Sequence record: NZ_CP063125.1 | Direction: 5' to 3' (one strand) | Source: a plasmid | DNA length: 32,081 nt | Shown: positions 19,898 to 27,400 of the stretch, one piece after another | Numbering within the stretch: the first letter of the stretch is position 1 | Layout: every line of letters starts with the position of its first letter | Program-made: the position numbers and the translations under genes | Notes under the pieces: generated by a model | Database searches by the model: none | Seen by the model: only the letters and a program-made list of their open reading frames with translations | Told to the model about the DNA's origin: nothing

Positions 19898-20917
19898 TTT
19901 ATTTCTCCTGTGGTTAAAATGCAATATATTTTACACATATATATTGTATATTTTTAAGATTCGCGCCTTTATAGGAGCAAGATGGTGAGTATTCTAGCAA
20001 AAAACAAAGACGTTTTATAAATTTTGTAGGGTATAAATCAAATAATCTTGATCTTTAAAGTGAATAGGGGTAAGATCCTTGTAAATTCGCAACCGGTATC
20101 GATGATTTGCCGGTCTATTTACAGATACGTAGATAGAAAAAAAGCCCGCGAATGCGAGCTTTTTTCCTTGTGTTTGGAACGCTACCAACGTTTTAAACAC
20201 GGTGCAGTTAAGGAATTTGAAAGTGACTAACTGCGAAATTTCAATTTAATTATACTGATTTGTGTTTTATATGCAAGCACTTTCGGTTAAAAAGTATATT
20301 TTGCAGTCGCATTAAATTTATCGCGAAGTAAATTTAATAAAAATCACCAAAAGGCTTATGCCTCTCTTCAAAAATCTTAACTAGCACTTAATCATATTTT
20401 GATTGGGTGGTAGGAATAAGAGTCACTGGCAATCAATCTTATAATCTAATACCAGCGGAAACAGCAAATTAGATCGTTACGAGTGGTTATTTTATCGAGT
20501 GCAGCGCATTTATATTGGGTAACCTTGAATGCAGTGTCAGCGAGAAATAGCGGTTGAGAACGTGCTGTGCGGTTATATTGCCGTAATCTCAACAGGGCGA
20601 GGAAATATATCTGATCGCCTCCTAGATGAAAGCGGGTCGGCTCCGGGTATGCTAAATGCAACGAGCAAACGTTTTTTTAGGTACGCACTAAGTCTATAAC
20701 AGAAATGTATAGGCTTAGGGCGAGTATTACCTAAACTCTGCCTAGTCTTCCAAGTCTGCTGTGTGGACGATCCTTTTAATATAAAGATCATTTTAGTTGT
20801 CTAGTTATATACATTTCTTAAATTAAATAAAAAAAAGTTAGCTTATTAGAAGTTAAATGATGAAATGTATTGGATTTTAATTTTAAAAATAACTTGTTTT
20901 TTATTACTTTTTTACTT

Positions 20918-20947
20918 GTATTTAATCTTAACTTTGTTATACTTCCT
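20918..20947 (+). promoter_or_regulatory. Candidate sigma70 promoter of the par operon
   Basis: The sequence TTTTTTACTTGTAT-(16/17)-TATACT shares the TTTTTTACTTG(C/T)AT block with the accessory-gene promoters. It is followed by an AGGAGG SD and the parA ATG. Confidence 0.4.
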
Positions 20948-20991
20948 ATTAAATCAATGTTTGAACCTGTTCAATCTTAGGAGGATTTAAA

Positions 20992-21651
20992 ATGGGAAAA
21001 ATCGTTTTGTTTGATAGCGTAAAAGGTGGGGTTGGCAAATCAACGTTGCTGGTGCAATTTGTTTGTGCAATGGCGAAAACAAAAAAAATAGCAGCAATGG
21101 ACTGTGATCCGCAAGGAAGTCTTGAAAACTGGGCTATTCGACGTTTCAATAATTTTCAATCGCTTGATTTTGATATGCTTGAGGCTGACTTATCATTTTT
21201 GACTGAAAATAAAAAAGAATACGATTATATTTTTGTTGATTCTGCCGGGGCTGATAATGAAATTGGGCGTGAGCTGTTTTCAATGGTTGATATTATAATT
21301 TCGCCTTTACAACCCACAACAGCGGCATTTGATACTATCCCAATACATAGCAAAATCGTGAATGAATCGATTGAATTTAATCCTAATCTTGAATTGTTTT
21401 ATTTGTTGAATGAATGCTCTACGCATTCAAAAGACCAGGAGGCAAACGATACTTACTCAAATCTTTGCCAATTCATTGAATCAACCTATGGAAAACGCTT
21501 TCACGTCGTACCTAATTTTGTTTTTGATAGAAAGGTGCTTAAAACCAGTTATGGCGTAGGATTGAGCTGCTTTGATGGTCGTAAAAATAAATCAAAAGAT
21601 GAAATTACAAGTATAATTTCATTTATTTTTGGAGGTAAAATTGATGGCTAA
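20992..21651 (+). CDS. parA: ParA/Soj-family partition ATPase
   Basis: The deviant Walker A motif KGGVGKST is present and the protein is 219 aa. It is translationally coupled to the downstream gene. Confidence 0.85.
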   Translation: MGKIVLFDSVKGGVGKSTLLVQFVCAMAKTKKIAAMDCDPQGSLENWAIRRFNNFQSLDFDMLEADLSFLTENKKEYDYIFVDSAGADNEIGRELFSMVDIIISPLQPTTAAFDTIPIHSKIVNESIEFNPNLELFYLLNECSTHSKDQEANDTYSNLCQFIESTYGKRFHVVPNFVFDRKVLKTSYGVGLSCFDGRKNKSKDEITSIISFIFGGKIDG

Positions 21652-22189
21652 GTTATTAGATTTGACTGAAAAGAAAATGAGCTTTATCAAAAAAGCGAAT
21701 AACGGCAATATCAAACCGCATAATCAAGTTGAATCAGTAAAAGAAACCAAAATTATCAAAGTAGAGGATTTTAAGCCGGCAAAACGTGGCAGACCTCGCA
21801 AAGGCGAGGAAAAAAATCCGGCTGATCGCGTTCAAATTACGCTATCAGTTGCGCCTGAACAAGCTGAATTTTTTAATGAATTGGTTGAAAAAACGGGTGA
21901 ACGATTGGGCGATCTTGTTTGGAAAAGCTTATTGTTTGCAAAATTTAAACCGCTTCCTGATGAATTTTTATTTGAATACTCAACACTTGTTTATAACAAG
22001 AAAAATGGTATTAGGGTTCAATTTCAACGCGTTTTAGATTCGCATTCGAGCTTGAAAAGCCTATCCGAAACTTATAAAGAGATGGGGTATAAAATTAAGC
22101 TGAAAGGCGTTGTGTTATTATATTTGCTTAATTATATGAAAAATTATCTCGGTGAAGATATTTCAAAATATCAAGCCTTTGCGGATTAA
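21644..22189 (+). CDS. Putative centromere-binding partition partner (RHH-like, a ParG/KorA analogue, 181 aa)
   Basis: The ATG at 21644 has a GGAGG SD and overlaps the parA stop. The basic AT-hook-like KRGRPRKG is followed by a ribbon-helix-helix-like segment RVQITLSVAPEQAEFFNELVEKTGERLGDLVWKSL. Confidence 0.5.
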   Translation: MAKLLDLTEKKMSFIKKANNGNIKPHNQVESVKETKIIKVEDFKPAKRGRPRKGEEKNPADRVQITLSVAPEQAEFFNELVEKTGERLGDLVWKSLLFAKFKPLPDEFLFEYSTLVYNKKNGIRVQFQRVLDSHSSLKSLSETYKEMGYKIKLKGVVLLYLLNYMKNYLGEDISKYQAFAD

Positions 22190-22213
22190 AGAACAAAGAA
22201 ATTGTAAACTGAA

Positions 22214-22256
22214 AAAGAGGGAGTAAATAGCGCAGTCTTTTACTCCCTCTTTTTTA
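22214..22256 (+). terminator. Rho-independent terminator of the par operon (copy A). An identical copy lies at 27412-27454
   Basis: The hairpin AAAGAGGGAGTAAA-loop-TTTACTCCCTCTTT is followed by a 6-T run. Confidence 0.7.
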
Positions 22257-22884
22257 GTTGAGCAACCGGAGCCGTCAGGCGTAGGGCGGTAGCCTTTGGG
22301 GCTTCCCCTCCCGTTGGTCGGGTCGGGCTATATTTTTCGGCTGCACGTCCGGCAAAAGCCGGTCTTTTCGCTCGAAAAACTCAACCAAATAAAACAGGCT
22401 GCTTTTTCGCGGCCCGTTTTATCTGTTTTCGCCCGTCCGGGTTACTATCCCTAAGCTGTTCCGTCCTCCGGACGGCTTAAAAGGGCTTCGCCCCTTAAGA
22501 ATCCCCATAAAGGGGTTAAAAACCCCTTTAAACCCCCCTTATTCTTTTCTTGCACTTTTACTCTCCTCTTCCCTCGATAACTTCTCTACGGGCTTTATTT
22601 TTCGTTAGGGTTCTGCAGGGCGTGAATGCTTGTGGGCTGTTTGATTTTGAGCGTGTTAAACGGTCATTTCTCCGCTCTGACATCGAGCAGGGTTCCGGGC
22701 AAATGCGGCGGCTTTGCCCTTCCATCAAGGGGGGGATTCTTGCAAATCCCCCCTTAATAATCCCCTTTCTTGTCGGAAAATTTAGCAATATATGCAAGTA
22801 AAAAAAGACTTTATTTAATAAATAAAAGTGCGAATATATTTAGATTTATTTTATAAATAATGCAAAAAATAATGTAAAAAATAC

Positions 22885-22913
22885 TTGCAATTAAAAGCAA
22901 AAAAGACTATAAT
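22885..22913 (+). promoter_or_regulatory. Sigma70 promoter for the J-domain gene. An identical copy at 28083-28111 drives the DUF2958-like gene
   Basis: The sequence is TTGCAA-17 nt-TATAAT with a T/A-rich upstream region. Confidence 0.6.
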
Positions 22914-22996
22914 TTATCTCAAGTTGAACGGGAAAACGTTCAGCGAGTTAGCCAAATGTGGCTAGTCTTTTCTTTATACCTAAATGAGGTAATCAA

Positions 22997-23518
22997 ATGA
23001 ATATCAATGAAGCTCTTAATATCTTAAATCTTTCCGGCTCTGTAACAAAAGCAGATATTGCAAAGGCTTATAAACGTCTTGCTGTAAAATATCACCCTGA
23101 CAAAAATCCGACTGGTGCGGAAATGATGAAAATCATCAATGCAGCGTATGAAATGCTTAAAAATCTTGATTTAGAGGAAATTAAACATACCGATCAAGAA
23201 AACGCATATAACTACGCGGACGTTTTGGAAGAAGTGATCCGTGAAGTTTTGAAAATGCACGGCGTGATTATTGAAATCTGCGGTAACTGGATTTGGCTTG
23301 CGGGGGAAACCCGTCAATATAAAGAGCAAATTAAGGCTTTAGGCTGCTTGTGGGCTTCTAAAAAGAAACAATGGTACTTTCGACCGACTGAACATAAAAG
23401 TTCACGTCATAAAGCGTGGGATATGGACAAAATCCGCTCTCACTATGGTTCAGAAGTCTTAAAAGCAAATTCTTCTCTTAATGACTTCAAAAAAACAAGT
23501 TTACCGGCAGCAGCTTAA
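22997..23518 (+). CDS. J-domain (DnaJ-like) protein, 173 aa
   Basis: The N-terminal J domain has the YKRLAVKYHPDKN motif containing HPD. The gene has its own promoter, leader and terminator. Confidence 0.7.
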   Translation: MNINEALNILNLSGSVTKADIAKAYKRLAVKYHPDKNPTGAEMMKIINAAYEMLKNLDLEEIKHTDQENAYNYADVLEEVIREVLKMHGVIIEICGNWIWLAGETRQYKEQIKALGCLWASKKKQWYFRPTEHKSSRHKAWDMDKIRSHYGSEVLKANSSLNDFKKTSLPAAA

Positions 23519-23528
23519 TTTTATTGAT

Positions 23529-23550
23529 AGCCCGTGAAAACGGGCTTATT
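23529..23550 (+). terminator. Terminator after the J-domain gene
   Basis: The hairpin is AGCCCGT-gaaa-ACGGGCT, followed by a T-rich stretch. Confidence 0.5.
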
Positions 23551-23656
23551 GGGGCAAAATATGTGTTTAAATTTTTTAGATTTAGAAAGTAATAAAAGAG
23601 CCAAGAAAAGCTTAAATTAAAGCATTAAATAATCTTTAAAATACTTGTTTTTTTAC

Positions 23657-23685
23657 TTGCATTTTTAGTTTTATTTTACTATAAT
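23657..23685 (+). promoter_or_regulatory. Sigma70 promoter with the conserved leader for the 136-aa gene
   Basis: The sequence is TTGCAT-17-TATAAT, preceded by TTTTTTAC. Confidence 0.6.
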
Positions 23686-23779
23686 GTTTCAAGTTAAACG
23701 GGAATTGTTACTAAAGCTTACCATTTAACAATATGCCAAAAGTGGCAAAACTAATCTCAAATCTTAAGAGGATTTTCTT

Positions 23780-24190
23780 ATGAGCCTAAAAATTGAAAGA
23801 GCTTTTAAAAAAGCGGGTATCCCTGAAATGCCAATAGTTCGCCGTCATATTCTAGTTAATCTTGCAAAAGTGGGGGCTGATTTAGATAAATTAACAAGTA
23901 CAGAAATTGGCTTTATTATTAAAGCATTGCATATTGGTTATCACAACGCAAAAGGCAGTCAAGAAGCTGATTATATGGCTGATATGGGCTGCGTTTGGAT
24001 TGGTGGCGAAGTGCAAAAATTGTTACCAATAGAAGCCCTAAAAAGTATTCGAATCATTAAGGAAAGCAAGCCGATTGAAAAGAAATCTATTCCCTCTGGG
24101 TGGAAATATGGCGTGCTTCCTTATGGGTGGGATCGCGTTGAGTATGAGCGAAAAACGCGCTACAAGTTAGATTTTACAGAAAGCTGTTAA
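23780..24190 (+). CDS. Hypothetical protein (136 aa)
   Basis: The start has an AAGAGGA SD and the gene has its own promoter and leader. I recognise no family. Confidence 0.55.
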   Translation: MSLKIERAFKKAGIPEMPIVRRHILVNLAKVGADLDKLTSTEIGFIIKALHIGYHNAKGSQEADYMADMGCVWIGGEVQKLLPIEALKSIRIIKESKPIEKKSIPSGWKYGVLPYGWDRVEYERKTRYKLDFTESC

Positions 24191-24195
24191 AGTGT

Positions 24196-24224
24196 TTGAC
24201 AGATAATTATTTGAGGCGTACTAT
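24196..24224 (+). promoter_or_regulatory. Near-consensus sigma70 promoter driving a short noncoding transcript
   Basis: The sequence is TTGACA-17 nt-TACTAT, immediately after the stop of the 136-aa gene. Confidence 0.55.
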
Positions 24225-24230
24225 CTTAAC

Positions 24231-24349
24231 AAGCAATCAGTATTTTTGCTTTTGCACCCTGTAAAGGGTGAGTGTTGAAACAAAAAAACATAGAACTATC
24301 TTTTTGATAGCAAGAAGACCGCCTTTTTAAGAATTAGGCGGTTTTTTTG
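24231..24349 (+). ncRNA. Candidate ~120-nt sRNA or transcription-attenuating leader
   Basis: A consensus promoter is followed about 110 nt later by a hairpin ACCGCC-loop-GGCGGT plus a 7-T run. There is an internal hairpin CACCCT-gtaa-AGGGTG. No ORF with an SD lies inside. The 88-aa gene starts 37 nt after the T-run. Confidence 0.4.
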
Positions 24350-24385
24350 TGTTTAATTTTAAAATTTTAATATAGGGGTGTAAAA

Positions 24386-24652
24386 ATGCAAAAAAGAAGT
24401 AGAAGTATTTCTTACCGGTTACAGAAAACAAGCAACTCAGCAAAAAGAGTTGAAATTCTAACCGAATGGGCTAATCAATGGAAATTTGAGCATATTGATT
24501 TAATTGAACGCCTTAAAGGCGGAATTGATAATCAAGATATGAATGAAATTCGGATTGCTCTCGGGCAGTTAAGAGCAGTTACGGAAAAAAAACACGAGGC
24601 TTTACATAATATATTTAGATTTCTTTTAGATGATAGAAATGATAAAAAATAG
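24386..24652 (+). CDS. Hypothetical protein (88 aa)
   Basis: An AGGGG SD lies 8 nt before the ATG. It lies downstream of the promoter/terminator leader unit. Confidence 0.45.
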   Translation: MQKRSRSISYRLQKTSNSAKRVEILTEWANQWKFEHIDLIERLKGGIDNQDMNEIRIALGQLRAVTEKKHEALHNIFRFLLDDRNDKK

Positions 24653-24684
24653 CAAAATTATTTAAAAATAAAGTGTTTTTTTAC

Positions 24685-24713
24685 TTGTATTTTTAGTTTT
24701 ATTTTACTATAAT
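24685..24713 (+). promoter_or_regulatory. Sigma70 promoter with the conserved leader for the 194-aa gene
   Basis: The sequence is TTGTAT-17-TATAAT, preceded by TTTTTTAC. It is almost identical to the 23657 promoter. Confidence 0.6.
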
Positions 24714-24807
24714 GTTTCAAGTTAAACGGGAATTGTTGCTAAATCTTACCGTTTAACAATATGCCAAAAGTGGCAAAACTAATCTTAAATCTTAAGAGGA
24801 TTTCAAA

Positions 24808-25392
24808 ATGACTAATCAAGACTTGAAAAGCTGTTTCTCTACGGCAGTAACCGAATTTTTTAACACTAACCCGCTAAATGCTTTTTGGAAAAAAGCACAA
24901 AATGAGCTTGATTTCTGCGCTCAAATTCAAGGCGTGAAAGTGAGTATTGAATTTATTGTAGGATTTAGTCGAGTTAAAGCCGTTGTTTCTGTTGGTAAAT
25001 ATAGAGAACGGGGTTATTTCTACCATAAAATTTCTTTTTCTCTTGATAAAAAATCATTCGCTAATGATTTTAAAAGATTGGCTTTTGATAAAGTGGAAAG
25101 TGCAATCAACGAAATTGTGTCATATAGAAATGAACGCAAACTAATCGAAGAAAATTTTGAACATAAATTACAAGCCTTTCGCCGTTATTTTCCCTTTGAA
25201 GTTAATTGGTCGGGACGACTTTCAGCAAGTGGGATCTCAATGCCTAAAAAGCTAAGAGCTATTGAGCTTTCGGGGGTGAATGGCGAAAAAGATTATTATT
25301 TAAAGCAGCTAACTTTTTCATCTGATGATACTGATTTTTTAATGAAAATTTGTGCTTGCGTTTCTGAATTGATTAAACAAGAAAACGCATAA
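24808..25392 (+). CDS. Hypothetical protein (194 aa)
   Basis: The start has an AAGAGGA SD and the gene has its own promoter and leader. I recognise no family. Confidence 0.55.
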   Translation: MTNQDLKSCFSTAVTEFFNTNPLNAFWKKAQNELDFCAQIQGVKVSIEFIVGFSRVKAVVSVGKYRERGYFYHKISFSLDKKSFANDFKRLAFDKVESAINEIVSYRNERKLIEENFEHKLQAFRRYFPFEVNWSGRLSASGISMPKKLRAIELSGVNGEKDYYLKQLTFSSDDTDFLMKICACVSELIKQENA

Positions 25393-25469
25393 ATAAGTGA
25401 ATTTAGCGGTTAAATATCTTGATTTAGCCGCTAGTTAGGCAAATAATATCAATATATTAAGGCTTAAAT

Positions 25470-25760
25470 ATGAATCTACTATCAATGACTAAAAATCAAA
25501 TTTTTAATTTACTTTACAATCTTTCAGGTTACTCTTTCAACGAAAAAGCATTTGTTGAGCTGCTCAACAAACGCGGATTTGAAGCCTCAACGGGCAAAAT
25601 CAGAAATTGGCGACGTGCAAACACTGATAATCAAAATTACCGCCCTGTGCCGGATTTTGTCTTAGAAGTGATTTTTGAAGAGTTCTTTAAAGCAAAAAGA
25701 GCGAACGACGGCGTTTTAACGTTACCATTCATTGAACCAGTGAAAAAAACGAAAAAATAG
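25470..25760 (+). CDS. Hypothetical small basic protein (96 aa)
   Basis: An AAGG SD lies 8 nt before the ATG. A TAATAT -10-like box and an inverted repeat TAGCGG..CCGCTA lie upstream. Confidence 0.45.
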   Translation: MNLLSMTKNQIFNLLYNLSGYSFNEKAFVELLNKRGFEASTGKIRNWRRANTDNQNYRPVPDFVLEVIFEEFFKAKRANDGVLTLPFIEPVKKTKK

Positions 25761-25793
25761 TTACCTTGTAACTGATAAATATACGGAGAAATT

Positions 25794-26165
25794 ATGTTTT
25801 ATTATGTTGCTTATGATTTGGACGGTATTAAACTTTTTGAAACAGATGAAGATGGGATTATTCACGAATTTAAAGATGAAAATCATTTTTATGATCCTGA
25901 AGATAAGCTTATCTATTCCCAGTATAGCGGAAGAAAAGTTCCTACTTCAAATTATCAATGGGAACCTGAAGAAGCCAAAAAAACACTATTAGAATTAGCA
26001 TTAGAAAACGCTCAAAATAACGGCGATGGGCGAGTTTTATTTCAGCCTAATCAAAGTAAGAAAGATTTGATTGAGGATATAGAACAGTTCCTAGCAGATA
26101 ATGATGATATTGACGCGGATTTAGTTGAAGTGTTGAATAATATCATCAAGGAGTTATTGGAATAA
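25794..26165 (+). CDS. Strongly acidic small protein (123 aa, about 30 Asp+Glu versus about 11 Lys+Arg). Candidate DNA-mimic / anti-restriction-like protein
   Basis: The start has a GGAG SD. A palindromic operator-like AGTTACCTTGTAACT lies just upstream. The net charge is roughly -19 with acidic residues clustered at the C-terminus. It sits in the putative leading region. Confidence 0.5.
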   Translation: MFYYVAYDLDGIKLFETDEDGIIHEFKDENHFYDPEDKLIYSQYSGRKVPTSNYQWEPEEAKKTLLELALENAQNNGDGRVLFQPNQSKKDLIEDIEQFLADNDDIDADLVEVLNNIIKELLE

Positions 26166-26170
26166 AAAAA

Positions 26171-26197
26171 ATACCTAGCAAAAGCTAGGTATTTTTA
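26171..26197 (+). terminator. Strong rho-independent terminator
   Basis: The hairpin is ATACCTAGC-aaaa-GCTAGGTAT, followed by a T-run. Confidence 0.7.
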
Positions 26198-26394
26198 CAA
26201 AACAAATATGCGGTATTTGCTCGATAATAGCTATCAAACGGAGCTATTATCATAAAAAAGCGGCCAAAATACAAGTATTTCAGCCGCTTTTTTATGATAA
26301 CGCGGATCGCTTCGCGTTCCGCTCAATTTGTTCGGAGGAATAATGAATAGAGAATTACTCTCAATAAATAAATTTTAGCAAAAGCCGCTTAAAA

Positions 26395-26964
26395 TTAAGT
26401 GGCTTTTGCTTCTTTTCTCAACCTGTATGCTGTTGAATTAGATACATTGTATTTTTGAGCTAATTTAGCGATAGAATAATTTTTTTTGACATCACGCCGA
26501 AATGCCTTTTTCTGCTCTTCTGTGATCGCTTTAGGTCTGCCCCCTTTTCCTGCTTCACCTTTAGCCAATCTTCCCTCCAAAGTGCGTTCTCTTATCCAGT
26601 TTCTTTCCATTTCCGCTAATGAAGCCATAAAAACGCACTTCATTTTATCAAAAGGATCGTTACGCCTTTCTGTATCAATCATTCCGTCAAGGCTTTTTAG
26701 GCAAATTCCTCGACTTTCTAAATCTTCATATAAGTTTAAAAATTGGCTTGTACTTCGTCCTAGCCTATCTAATTTAGTTACTACGATTGTATCACCCTCA
26801 CGGGCGAAAGCTAATAATTCATCAAGCCTTGCTCGATTCTTTGATTTTTCCCCCGAATTTTTACCCACAAATATTTTAAAGCAACCCGCTTTTTCAAGTT
26901 GCTTTACTTGTTCTTCATAGCTTTGACCGACTGTACTTACTCGCGCGAACCCTATTAACGCCAT
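26395..26964 (-). CDS. Serine recombinase of the resolvase/invertase family (189 aa)
   Basis: The N-terminal catalytic motif is ALIGFARVSTVGQS, with GDTIVVTKLDRLGRS and a C-terminal HTH (YSIAKLAQKYNVSNSTAYRL). No transposase is adjacent. Confidence 0.85.
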   Translation of the reverse strand: MALIGFARVSTVGQSYEEQVKQLEKAGCFKIFVGKNSGEKSKNRARLDELLAFAREGDTIVVTKLDRLGRSTSQFLNLYEDLESRGICLKSLDGMIDTERRNDPFDKMKCVFMASLAEMERNWIRERTLEGRLAKGEAGKGGRPKAITEEQKKAFRRDVKKNYSIAKLAQKYNVSNSTAYRLRKEAKAT

Positions 26965-26987
26965 AAACTCAAATAATCCTGTTTTCC

Positions 26988-27281
26988 TTAAAAATCTCTA
27001 TTTCTTAGAAAATGACCTAGACTGTTAATATAGCCATCTCCTCTATCTTCCAATGGCTCAAATTCCTCAAAATATTTCCCATTTTGGAGCTTGTATAAAT
27101 GGGCAAAGTATTTATCCCTTACATCAAAATGACCTAATACCCAAAATTCTTTTTCTTTTATTTGAGGATAGTTTAATAGTAGCAAATTAGAATCTTCTCT
27201 AAATTCGTCCCAGTTTTTTATAAGTGATCTAATAAAATCAAAATCTTTACTTTTTATAAAGATAGCTTCTTCTTGATTCAT
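26988..27281 (-). CDS. Hypothetical protein (97 aa) co-transcribed upstream of the resolvase
   Basis: An AGGAG SD lies 7 nt before the ATG. Its stop is 23 nt before the resolvase start. Confidence 0.5.
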   Translation of the reverse strand: MNQEEAIFIKSKDFDFIRSLIKNWDEFREDSNLLLLNYPQIKEKEFWVLGHFDVRDKYFAHLYKLQNGKYFEEFEPLEDRGDGYINSLGHFLRNRDF

Positions 27282-27400
27282 AAATCTTCTCCTATGTTTT
27301 CAAAACTCAACAGATTTGAATAAGATGATAATGCTATATTTAAAACTTAGCAAGTTTTAGTTTTGAATATAGTCAAAATAATTTATTAGTGTTTTGACTA
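27282..27400. promoter_or_regulatory. Candidate res/recombination site and promoter region of the resolvase operon
   Basis: Several short inverted repeats are present. One is TAGTCAAAA-13 nt-TTTTGACTA. Another is TAAAACTT-agc-AAGTTTTA. They lie directly upstream of the operon, in the arrangement typical of serine resolvases. Confidence 0.3.

Larger units (their letters stand above)
22203..22993. repeat. 791-bp direct repeat, copy A. It comprises a terminator, a ~520-nt GC-rich hairpin-dense noncoding core, and an AT-rich promoter with leader
   Basis: Copy A is identical over its full length to 27401-28191. It contains no plausible CDS (frames are open on both strands only because it is GC-rich). 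Confidence 0.9.

Noticed and set aside
20015-20791. ORFs of 60-72 aa in the T4SS/parA intergenic region (20015-20200 -, 20048-20230 +, 20446-20661 -, 20573-20791 -).
   Set aside because: They overlap one another, have no SD, show no family resemblance, and have odd composition. The region is flagged as noncoding instead.
22550-22801. Overlapping 83-aa (+) and 79-aa (-) ORFs lie inside the GC-rich repeat core, with identical copies at 27748-27999.
   Set aside because: Both strands are open only because the segment is GC-rich. There is no SD or start context, and the sequence is Pro/Arg/Gly-rich low complexity. I interpret the region as noncoding structured DNA/RNA.
24231-24349. A possible base-pairing between the candidate sRNA (GUUGAAAC) and the 5' end of the conserved leaders (GUUUCAA).
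   Set aside because: Only a 7-nt seed is complementary. That is too short to distinguish from chance without conservation data.
26976-26981. An ATCCTG hexamer matching the MOBP nic core lies between the resolvase operon genes.
   Set aside because: A 6-mer is expected about 15 times by chance in 32 kb on two strands. It has no flanking inverted repeat and is nowhere near the relaxase/TraK-like genes.
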